A DNA stretch of 52,631 nt from Emiliania huxleyi CCMP1516. Its lineage: Eukaryota. The notes below the pieces were generated by a model, which saw only the letters and a list, made by a program, of their open reading frames with translations, ran no database searches and had not been told where the DNA came from. This document shows positions 10,087-20,632 of this stretch, piece by piece; position 1 is the stretch's first letter, and each line of letters begins with the position of its first letter. The position numbers and the translations under genes were made by a program. The stretch lies in the NCBI RefSeq assembly GCF_000372725.1, contig NW_005201392.1, forward strand, positions 987,620-1,040,250, written 5' to 3'.

Positions 10087-13000
10087 CTACACAGACTTGC
10101 GCGGCTGGGGCGAGGGCGAACCCGGCAATAGGTACCCGTCGAAATCCAGAGCGGCGTACGCCTTGCGCTCGCCGCGACGACCTCTCCTCGGGCTCCTGTC
10201 GCGGCTCGAAATGCTGCTGCCGCCGCCGCCGCCGCCGCCACCCGCCCACGGCCTTCGGCCGGATGCGACCCCACTGCCCGCGGGCGAGGAGAAAACGGCC
10301 TGCAAACGCTCAATCACCGAGACGAGGCCGGCATCGCTCAGGCCCCCGGCAGCATCGCTCAGCCGCGCAGTCGCCTGAGCAATCTCTGCCAGCGCGGCCT
10401 CCACAGGCCAGACGCGCAGCCCACCGGCAAGTAGCCCACTGCCCTCGCTTGCGCGACCCTCCGGTGGCAGCCGCCGGCGCGACCCGCCCGTCTGCCGCGG
10501 TGACGCAAGCGACGAGCTCAGCGGCGCGAGGTCAGGCGCCGCGGGCGAATCCGCCTTGACGAGTCGCGCCTGCTGGCTCGGCTTGAGCGATCGCAACTCT
10601 GCGAGCAGCGCCCCGACGGTGGTGTCGCGCAGGCGGCACGCCGCCCACTGAATGTTTGTGGGCACGCCTCCGAGCCGAGCAATGAGCTCGTGCCGCCGCA
10701 GCGCCGTGAGCACGTCGGCGGGCGCGGACGAGCCAGCCGCGCGTTCCGCGGCCTCGTCAAGCAGCTCCGCCGCGTCGAGCTCGCGCTCTGTCAGCTCGAT
10801 CAGCAAGAGCGCCGCGTCCCGCTCGCTCATCGGCGCGAGGGTGATGGAGTAGATCGAGACGGGCGTCGTCATCCGCGCGTCGTCGTCCGCGTCGTGAGCA
10901 GCGGCGAAGTCATCGGCCGCGAGCAGCGAGGACGAGTTGGAGCAGAGGAGCAGACGCACGCCCGCAGAGAGGAGCGAGTGGAGGAAGAAGACGAACTGTG
11001 GCCGCGAAGCGTTGATGGCCGCCTCGCACCGGTCGAGGATAAGGAGGCAACAATTGTACTGGGCGAGGTGCGTCGAGAGCTCATCGTTCGACCGCGCCGG
11101 GAAATGCAGAGTCGCGCCGAGCCGGGCGCGCACGCGGTCCGTCCTTCGCAGCCCCTCGAGCGAGCAGCAAAAGATGCCGTGCGGGAACGCGCCGCGCTGG
11201 CGCAAGTAGGCCGCCGCCTCGAGGATAAGGGCAGACTTCCCGTACCCTTTGGCCCCGTAGACGCAGGTGATCTGGTTGGTGAGGCACGAGTGGAGCAGCT
11301 CGTGCAGCTCGAGGTGCCGACCCACAAACGCTGCCCCGTGTGCCAGTTGCTCGCTGGCCGCGGCCTCAGCCTCCTCGGCCCCTCCGACGGCCACACGGCC
11401 TCCCGCAGCACCACGACCGCCGCGCAACTCACGCCGAGAGGAGGATGCGGCGAGGCCGAACTCTGCGGCGGCGGCCGCCGGTGGGGGCAGCGACGGACTG
11501 CCCCCGTCGTCGGTGACGTAGGGCAGGTTCCAAGGGCAGAGCTTCGGGCTCACGTCGATCAGCTCCCCCGGAGGAGGGAGCGGGCCCAGCGACGCGGCAG
11601 CGCCAATGAGGACAAAACCACCCGCCACCGGGGCGTGGAGGGACGCGCTTGCAGCCTCGAAGGCCTCGCGCGGCGCCGCGCCGCGCAGCAGCGCCGTGTA
11701 GAAGGCGGCAGAAAAGGCGGTGACGTCCGCCTCGGGGAGGAAGCCGCGCAAGGCCACCACCGTCTCGCAGCCCGCCTCGAGAAACGCGCGGCCGGCGGGC
11801 TCAGACCCGCGCGCGGTGAGAAAGACGAGAGAAGGGGTGCTGGGTGCGGCGGCGAGCATCGCACGCAGCTCCTCCAGAGGCAACGGCGACAGCTCGCCCG
11901 CGTCCGCCTCGAGCGCTAGGCCCCCAGCATAGTCGGGCGCGGGCAGCAAGTGGAGCATCGGCCGATCCTGCTGGTCGAGCGCCGCGGCGAGCGTGCGCCG
12001 GGTCAAAATCTCTAGCTGCACCTGCAGCGAGACGCCGAGCGGCGAGAGGGCCTCGAGGAGCGCACGCCAGCAGCGAACCCCCGCCCTCTTCGGGAAAGCG
12101 ACCGGCCCCCAACTACCGTCGCCGCCCGTTGGTGATGCCCGGGTCGCGTCGCCGTCGCTGGGCCTGTCGCCGGCAAGGCTGTGGCCAGCCGGCGCCCATG
12201 CGACGAGCGGCGCGGCGTCGAGCACCAACAGCCGGCCAGCGCCGCGGCCCTGCGCACGCGCGCGTTGGAGCAGCGCGCGCCGGACCGCCTCGCCGGCGGC
12301 CCGCGACTCCTGCGCGCGTAGGCCGTCGCCGCGCTGCTGCCACAGCCCCGCGGCGAGCTGTAGCTGCTCGCGCGCGCCATCAAGGTCGCCGAGCGCCGCG
12401 CGCGCCTTGCCGCGTAGCTCAATGACCGCGGGGTCGGTGGTGCCGCACTCCCCCAACATGTCGACGGCGCGGCGTGGCTCGCCGCGAATCAGAGCGAGCT
12501 TGGCCAGCCCGACGGTCGCCGCCCTCCAATGCTCATGGTCCTCATCGCCACCCTCGTCGGCGCCGTCACCACCGCGGTCTCCGCTGTGCTCTTCCGTGCC
12601 TCCTGCCCGCCCGTTGCCCCCGTCTCCGCCCACATTGGGGAAGCAAGCTAGAGGAGAGCGCAGCCGACGAAGCACCTAAGAGTGGAGGTCGGCGTTGGGG
12701 CGCGAGGGTGTGTGCGGGGAGAGCGCGCAGCGGGGGAAGTGCAGAGGCACCTCGCGGTAGAGGTTGTCTGCACGCGCCAGATCCGCGGCGTGCGCCTCCC
12801 GCGAGCGCGGCGACATCTGGCCGCGCGCCAGGGAGAGCGCAAAGGGTGCGGCGAGCTGCGGGCTGCTGAGGAGCCCTGCGCTCGCGCGCCGCCAAAGGCT
12901 GTCGCTGGCCCCTGCAGCGGCTGAGTCGGCAAGCCCACCGTGAGGTCGCTGAGACAGCCTCTCGGCCACAGTGAGGTCGTTGAGGCCAGCGACGATGGCG

Positions 13001-16000
13001 TCGTCCATTTGGTTGAGCTTGTCCTTGATGTAGCTGTCGCCCAGCATGAGCAGCGCACGCACGAGCCCAGAGACCCACCGGCGGCCCCGCTCCGACCCCG
13101 AGGCCATGAGCGCAACCTGCCGCCAGAGCCCCGCTGGCCCTTCGACCGCCGCACCTGGCGTGAAAGTGGTGGCGAGCAGTGGCGACTCAGCCGGCTGCGC
13201 ATCGCTCGCCACGCCGCCCGAGAGGCTGCCTGTGGCTGGCGGCGGCGAGCCCGTGCAGCAAGACGAGTCATGCCGCCCGAGAGGGAGCGCTGGCCAAGTC
13301 TGCGAGAGGAACGAGCCCGCACTAGCGCCGCCGCCGGTGGCGCTGGCGGCGCTGGCGGCGGGGCTGTCGTCGCCGCAGCCGGGTGGATGCAAGCCGGACG
13401 GGGCAAAGCCCGACGACTGGCGAGAGAGACTGGGGAAGAGCGTCGCGTCAAGGAGGAGGGGATCGCCACCTCCAACCGCCGCTCCAACCGCCACCTCCTC
13501 GGCGGCGTCAGCGTCGCGTTCTCCGCCGCCCTCGGAGCGGTGCGCGGCGTCGTCGTCGTTTCCGCCGCTGCCGTAGCCGGAGTCGGAGGCGTTCGACCCT
13601 TTGCCGCCCTCGGGCTCGGCCTCGGAGTAAGCGAGCACCGCGGCGGACAGCACCTCCTGCACCGCCGACATGTCCTCTCCGAGCTGCAGCATCTGATCGC
13701 CAAGGAGGAGCCGAAGCTCGCCCAGCCGCGCGGGCGGCACCTCGAGCACCTGCAGCGCGTCGAGTGTGCGGCGCGCGGCCGATGCCGACTCCTCCCTCCG
13801 GCCGAGCAACGCGAGGATGCGAGCGAGGGCCTCGCCCACGCGTGCAGTGTGCCGCACTAAGGAGCTCGCCCCACCGCCGCCACTGCCGATGTCGCCGATG
13901 ACGCTGCCACCACCGCCGACGCTGTCGGAGAGCGACGACGTGATACTGAGCGCCTCGGAGCAATCGCCGGGCGCCGCGCCGCTGGCGCGAATCAGCTGCA
14001 GCCGCTCGTCGGTGAGGCATGCCCACAGGTTTGGCGCGAGCACCTCGGTGAAAAACTTGCGCCAGCGCGCCAAATCCTCGCCGCCCTCGACGCCCTCGCT
14101 CACCCCGTCGGCAATCTCGCCGCCCTGTGTGGTGGAGCTCCTCCGACCGGAGGGACTACCCGATGTCGCGGGCAGCGCAAACGAGGTGTGCCCCGGTGCT
14201 GCCATGGCCTCGCTACGGGCGTTGGCCTCGAGCAACGCGACAAAGCGTTCGCCGAGAGTGGCGAGCCGGCGCGCGCAGCGGCCCGCGAGCAAGCGCATCG
14301 GCGGCGTCGGCAGGAGCGGATCGAGCACCCCGTGGTCGAGCTCCGAGATGTAAGAGGTCAGGAGCTCGGACATGCCCGCCTCGTGGCGCGGGCTATCGCC
14401 GCCGCGCGGCGACATCGCTGGCCGTCGCTCGGGCGGTGAGGCTGCCGCACCGAGTTGGAGGGTGCGGCGGCGGACGAGCCAGCGAGCGTCGGCGGGCGGG
14501 CCAATCGGCGCCGCCTCTGGCGGCTGATCGGGCCGCTGCACCAAATGCTGCATGAGCGGCCCCCACGGCGGCGGCGGTGGCAGCTCAGCCTCGGCGGAGG
14601 GAGAGCCGCCGCCCTGCACCGCCTCGGCGATCACCTGCGCGACACCTTCATCCGCGCTACTACTCCATAGGGCGTCGAGGTCGGCGGGCGTGGCGCCGCC
14701 AGGAAGGAGAGAGAGGAGCGCAAGGAGCGAGTACGCAGCGGCGTTGTGCTGGCGGAGCAGACCGAGCAGCACCTGCACCGACCGGCGCTGCGATTCGTGC
14801 AGCGCCTCGGAGGGCGTGCCGGCGCCGCCTGCTCCGGCGATGGCGCTGCTGCTCTCGCCGTCCCCGCCGTCTCCGTCGTCGCGGTCTCCACCCGAGCAGT
14901 GCGTGCTGGCGTATACCGCGCTGGGCTCGGCCACTGGTGGCGTCGCCGTGCTGTCGCCCACCCGTTGCTCGCCCGACTCCTCCAGCGGTATTGTCAGGAA
15001 CACGCGTGGGGTTTCCTCCGGCCCCTCCGGTGGGGTGGTGTCGGCCCCGCCTGCCGCACTGCTGCGATCGCCTCCACCGGCACCGCCGGCACCACGGCGC
15101 TCCTCGCGAGCGGGTCCGGAGGAGGGCGTCGCTGTGACTCCATCTGGAGGACGCGGCACACCCTCCGAGTCGGCAGAGCTGCGGCCAGACCCCAGCGCAG
15201 AACCAGGCGCGCTCCGGCGACGCGGCTGCGAGGAAACGCCAGCGCCTCCGCGAGGCTCGTCAGCGTGCCACGCCCCGCGCGCAAAGACCGGGTCCGAGGC
15301 TGAGGCGACTTGCACAGCCACAGAGGCGAGGGCTGACACCACGGGTGGAGGCGGCGGCGAGGCACTCGCGGCACCGCCGGCTGACGCGAGGGTGGTCTGC
15401 GTGTCCTTCGACACGGCTCTCGCCGCCATGGGCTGCCCGCCGTGATCAGCTGCTTGGTCCATGTCGGCAGGCGCTAGCGGCGCCGCCAGCGCTAGCGGCG
15501 CCTGCGCCCTCGCCGGCGCCCTGAGCAGCTCCCGCTCAAGCTCCGCCAGCGAGACGCCCGAGCGCAGCAGCGGCGCGTTCTGGCATATGGCGCCCGGCAG
15601 CCCGGCGAGCGCTCGGAGCACCGGGTGGCCGATGAGCGCGCCGGGCGGTCGCAGATCCGGCGGGAGCACCTCGAGGGCGAGCTCGCGGAAGAGTCGTGCC
15701 GCGTCGTACTCGGAGAGCGGAGACACGTCGATCAGCCGCTCGCCCTGCGATCCGTTGAAGACGCCACTTCGTTGCCGCGCGGTGCACAGCACGCGCAGCT
15801 CCTTTGTGGCGAGCAGCTTTGCGACGAGCGCCTGGACGCCCTTGCAGTCACAGCCGTCGTCGACGTTGTCGAGGATCAGCAAGCCGCGCCACAGCTTGAG
15901 CCCCCGCGAGACGTCGGGCAGCGACCGGAGCTCCATATCGAGCGCCTCGGTGAGCGCCGCGAGCGCCTCCGACTGGGAGCGCCGCCCTGCAAGCTCGACG

Positions 16001-18034
16001 CAGACGCACCCGTCGGGGAACCAGCGCCGCTCGTAGAGGTGACCCGCGGCGGCGATCGCAAGGCTCGTCTTGCCTACGGAAGTGTCTCGGAAGTGTCTCG
16101 GAAGTGCCTTGGAAGTGTCTCGGCAATGTCTCCGAGGCTCGTCTTGCCTACCCCTGGCGCGCCGGTCAGCGTGAGCAGCCGGACCTCCTTATTCCGCTTG
16201 CGGCCGAGGGTGAGCACGAGCTCGCGCAGCTCTACTGCGCGGCCTGTTCACAGCTCGAGGTGTGAAGAGACGCTATTCACAGCTAGAGGGCGCAGCTCTA
16301 CGGCGCGGCCGAGGAAGGGCTTCGGCAGGTAGGGCGGCTCGAGGCCCGGCAGCGGGTTCCGCTCGAGGGGCTCGCCCGGCCACAGCGAGCCGGGCGGGAA
16401 GAGGACCGCCTCGTGCGGGTCCCTGGGAGGGGGAGGCGGCATCGAGAGCCGGCCGCCGGCCGACGCGCGCGCGGGTGGCGGCGCCGGCAGCAGGATGAAC
16501 TTTGCCGCCTCGGCCGCCGGGTGGAGCATCCTCGCCGAAGGGGCAGTGCCGGCGAGCGCGGCGGTGCCCATCTCGAAGGCGGCGCGGACGGAGTTGCCCT
16601 GCACCAGCGCAAGGTAGAGGTGGCGCGCAAAGAGCGCCTACGCCGTGCAAGACAGCCGGGGCCGTGAGCACGGCATCGCGCCGTAGACTCCTAGCACCGC
16701 GTGAATACACGAGTGCAGTGAGCACCGCTCAATGCAGCTGGATACGGCTGAGTGCGGGAGTCCTTAAGATGGGGAGATGTGGGGAGATGTGGGGAGATGT
16801 GGGGAGATGTGGGGATCCGTGCTCCGCATCTAGTGGCGAGCGCCGCAGCGTCGTCGAGCACCTTTGCATCCGCGCGCACACCGACGACATGGGGGACGCC
16901 GCACGCGGCGAAGACCTCCGCGGCCGGCTGCGAGTGGCACGCCGACACGAAGACGAGCCGCGTGCCTCGCACCAGGTTGGCTGGCGCGAGCAGCGCGTGC
17001 AGCCGGTCGAGCGAGAGCTGGTCGAGCGAGCCCTCGTCGTCCTCGAAGCCGAGGAAGAAGGCGCCGGTCTCCTCGTCGATGTCGCCGTGGCAGACGAGGT
17101 GGAGCATGAGCGGCTGCAGCGCGAGCATCTCGCCGAGCGCGGCGCTGCTCGCGACGCCGGAGGACAGCGTGAGGTGCTTGCGCGCGCGCCGCAGCACGTC
17201 CAGCAGCGCCTTGACCTCGCCCTTAAAGTCCAGGGTGAGTGCCTGGTGGTCGAGGGGCAGGATGCGCCGGTTCTTCCTCCAGACCAGCGGCGCCGCGTGA
17301 AGCAGCGCGAGCTCGAGCCGCCCGCCACCCGTGTACAGCGCGCTGCCGCCAAAGCCGTAGAGCGCGCCCGCCGCGTAGCCTCCGGGCGCGGGCGACTGCT
17401 GATCCGGCACCGAGTGCGCCCCCCCGGAGGGCTGGGAGCGGAATCGCGCGACCTGCGGCTCGGGCGCCGCCGACGTCGAGGCCAGCGAGTGCTCGCGGCG
17501 CAGGATGCCACTCGGCAAGCGCTGGCACTGATCGAGGGGCGAGGATGCCTCTGCGCCCGGCCCGGCTGCCAAGGCGGGAGATTCGCGGCACGACAGCTGG
17601 CGGTGCGATGCCGCCTCGCCAGAGGTTATGGAGTCAGAATGACAGCCAAGCAGCATGTCCGAGGCGCGGCGAGGCGGCCGAGGCGTCGTCATCGACGAGG
17701 AGCGCTCCGAGCACGGCGGCGGGGTCGGCTCGCGGACGAGGGCGCTAGGCGTCAGCGGGAGCAGAGGAGCCATCTCAGCCCGCAGCTCGAGAAGCCGCGC
17801 CGACCCGACCTGCGAGCATCCCTCCAGCGGAAGTACCGCGCCGATGAGGGACCATGCCTCAAAGACGCTGTCGAATGCTCGCACAGCCTTGAGCCTCGTC
17901 GTGTCGACGCCGTCCGCCTGCAGCAGGGCGATCACCTGCTCCGCGGAGATGACGTCCTCAGCCCAGTTGACGCGCAGCAGCAACCGGGTCGGGTCGGCTC
18001 CGAGAGTGTAGCGGAGAGCAAGCTCGGCCACCAT
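10087..18034 (-). CDS. NLR-like tandem CHAT-STAND protein (CHAT, NB-ARC-like NTPase, TPR, degenerate CHAT, second NTPase); ~2508 aa, 5 exons
   Basis: Exons 16844-18034, 16310-16637, 16148-16243, 12751-16073 and 10087-12675 join in frame. CHAT dyad LHLVCHG / LVFVSACHS. NTPase 1: FLGRAVEL, GAPGVGKT, FPDG, LLILDNVD. NTPase 2: FVGRHLEL, GAKGYGKS, FPHG, LLILDRCE. TPR-like helices lie between the two modules. Confidence 0.85.
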
Positions 18035-18348
18035 GTGCACCGATTTTTTTCATCAAACGCCACCGTTAGGACCGTCCTCTCGTTTCTTTCTCTCTTTACA
18101 TCGGCTGGCTAACGGCAATAACACAGGCACTGGAAAGTTTACGCTTCCTCCAGCAGGCCTCCGGCACATCGATATGCAGTTCGGGCTCGAGTGAGGGCCG
18201 CGGTTGCGCGGGGCCGGGCTACGGGGGGCCTTGCTCGGGCTGCCGAGAGTGATAAAAAAAATCCATTGCCGTTGCGGACAAAGAGCCCGCTCGACGCCAC
18301 GATAGCCAACGCGCGCGGACAAGAACCCGCTCGTTCTCGCGCTGGCGC

Positions 18349-20331
18349 ATGCAGGCGCCCGCGCGGATCCGAGGCGCGGACTTTGCGCAGCCCTGGCATG
18401 CTGACGCTGCCGAGCGTCAGGTGCTCGAGGCTGAGCGGCGGCACTCCACGCTCATGATGACAGCCGCTGCGGACGGGGCCTGGCGCGCCGTGAGCCACCG
18501 CACGCAACGCGCAGACGACATCCTTGCCATCCAGGATCGCAACCGGATCTTGCAGGTAGAGCTCAATCGCCTGCGTGAGGAGAAGGCCACGGTCGAGGCG
18601 GAGGCGCAAGCCTTCAAGCAGAGGATGGAGTCGGCCGTGAGCAGCTTCGAGGTCATCATCGAGCAGGCGGTCCAGGAGAAGGCCAACACCTTCCAGCAGC
18701 TGGTGGAAACGAGGCAGCGGCTCAAGCAATCCCAGCGGCAGCAGCGCACCGCTGCCGCCAAGGCGGGCCCGAAGCAGCTCACGAGGGTGTTCAGGATCTG
18801 CGAGAGCCGGGACACAGCGGTCGCCCTCGCTCGCTGGCGTGGCTTTGCCGGCGAGCTACGCCACGAACGCGCTGCGGAGAAAATCGCGAGCTTCGAGGCG
18901 GCAGCCCGGGAGCCGGTACGTGAGAGGGAGGAGGAGGAGCTGCTGCGGTCGCAGCTGCAGTGCGCCGTGCAGCGGCTGGCAGCGGCAGACGGGGCGCGCG
19001 AGGAGGAGCAGCGCAAGGCCGAGGAGGCTCGGTCGGCACGGGCGGAGGCGGAGGAGCGCTTGGCGGGCGCGCGGGTTGATTTGGCCGAGTCCAAAGAGTC
19101 GTTGCGCTCCCTGCGCGCGGCCTTCAGCGCCGAGTCCGTGGCTCTCAGCGGCGAATCTACGGCGCTTGCGCGGCGGGCGTCCGAGCTGCAGGGCCAGCTT
19201 GCGGACGCGGAGCACCGCGCCGCACAAGCCAACGAGCGTGCTTGCGAGCTGCAGGCCGAATTAGAGAGGCGCGCTGAGACGTGGTCGCTGGCGGCGCCGG
19301 GCAAGGTCGACCTGATGCGACAGATGCTGCACGAGCAGCAGGAGGAGCTGGCCGAGGCGCGCCGCTTCTCGGCGGCCTGCAAGCTCGTCACAGCCGTCGG
19401 GCGGCGCGACACCCTCTCGCTGTCGACGGCGCTCGGCGCCTGGCGCCGCGCGTGCTCAGAGATGGGCCGCGCTGAGCTGCGCGAACAGCTTGCGGCGACG
19501 GCCGCGCGGGAGCAGCAACGCACAGCGGAGCTGCACGCGCAGCTGTCTGCGTCTGAGGGGCGCGTCGGCGCTGAGACGTGGTCGCTAGCGGCGCCGGGCA
19601 AGGTCGGCCTGATGCGACAGATGCTGCACGAGCAGCAGGAGGAGCTGGCCGAGGCGCGCCGCTTCTCGGCGGCCTGCAAGCTCGTCACAGCCGTCGGGCG
19701 GCGCGACACCCTCTCGCTGTCGACAGCGCTCGGCGCCTGGCGCCGCGCGTGCTCAGAGATGGGCCGCGCTGAGCTGCGCGAACAGCTTGCGGCGACGGCC
19801 GCGCGGGAGCAGCAACGCACAGCGGAGCTGCACGCGCAGCTGTCTGCGTCTGAGGGGCGCGTCGGCGCTGAGACGTGGTCGCTGGCGGCGCCGGGCAAGG
19901 TCGGCCTGATGCGACAGATGCTGCACGAGCAGCAGGAGGAGCTGGCCGAGGCGCGCCGCTTCTCGGCGGCCTGCAAGCTCGTCACAGCCGTCGGGCGGCG
20001 CGACACCCTCTCGCTGTCGACGGCGCTCGGCGCCTGGCGCCGCGCGTGTTTGCTGGCTCGTGAGGCGGATCTGAGGCATACTCCCCGTCTCGCGAAACCA
20101 GCAGCTGAAGGGCTGCCGTTCATCCCGCTCGCGTCGTTGGGCGAGGCTGCTGCCGGCATCAGCCGCGATTCCCCGGGGCGCAGCTCGCCTCCGTCGCAGC
20201 CGCCCTCGGGTTCTCTCGCATCTCCACCCTCGCGGCTGCCGCCCTCGCAGCTTCGCCCGCGTCAAGTCTCTCCAACCGCCGGCGACACGCCGAGCACGCT
20301 TCCCACAATGCATTCGCTCGAAACCCTGTGA
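18349..20331 (+). CDS. Coiled-coil protein with 99-aa internal repeats and L-x-x-W-R motifs (Sfi1/POC5-like)
   Basis: 660-aa open frame with E/Q/R/A heptads; divergent from the NLR-like gene. Confidence 0.7.
   Translation: MQAPARIRGADFAQPWHADAAERQVLEAERRHSTLMMTAAADGAWRAVSHRTQRADDILAIQDRNRILQVELNRLREEKATVEAEAQAFKQRMESAVSSFEVIIEQAVQEKANTFQQLVETRQRLKQSQRQQRTAAAKAGPKQLTRVFRICESRDTAVALARWRGFAGELRHERAAEKIASFEAAAREPVREREEEELLRSQLQCAVQRLAAADGAREEEQRKAEEARSARAEAEERLAGARVDLAESKESLRSLRAAFSAESVALSGESTALARRASELQGQLADAEHRAAQANERACELQAELERRAETWSLAAPGKVDLMRQMLHEQQEELAEARRFSAACKLVTAVGRRDTLSLSTALGAWRRACSEMGRAELREQLAATAAREQQRTAELHAQLSASEGRVGAETWSLAAPGKVGLMRQMLHEQQEELAEARRFSAACKLVTAVGRRDTLSLSTALGAWRRACSEMGRAELREQLAATAAREQQRTAELHAQLSASEGRVGAETWSLAAPGKVGLMRQMLHEQQEELAEARRFSAACKLVTAVGRRDTLSLSTALGAWRRACLLAREADLRHTPRLAKPAAEGLPFIPLASLGEAAAGISRDSPGRSSPPSQPPSGSLASPPSRLPPSQLRPRQVSPTAGDTPSTLPTMHSLETL
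19271..20047 (+). repeat. In-frame 297-bp tandem repeat, about 2.6 copies
   Basis: GCTGAGACGTGGTCGCT.GCGGCGCCGGGCAAGG at 19273, 19570 and 19867; only a few substitutions between copies. Confidence 0.95.
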
Positions 20332-20632
20332 GTGAAGGCAGGGTGGGATGGTTCGGAGTGCCAGTTGGCGGGGGTTGCTCACGACGTGCAGGCGCATGTC
20401 ACCGCGCACGCCGCCGCCGCCGCCCGCGCGCCAGAGAGCCCATTTTAGTAGTTCACCAGCGCGCATGAACCAGGCTGCGGGGGGCGGGACGCGCGAGACA
20501 CGCGCATGCGGGTGGGGGGAGTCCAACGACACGAGAGACGCACACGTCATGGGCCATGTGTAAAAATCCATGGGACTAGTGCGCGCAATCGTCCGGAAGT
20601 ATGGAGTATGCGATTGCTCAACCTCTCAAGAC

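Noticed and set aside
18417..20159. Long antisense ORF (580 aa), and similar ones such as 10690-11919, 33096-34310 and 39020-40831
   Set aside because: These are shadows of GC-rich coding sequence on the opposite strand, with no recognisable motifs.
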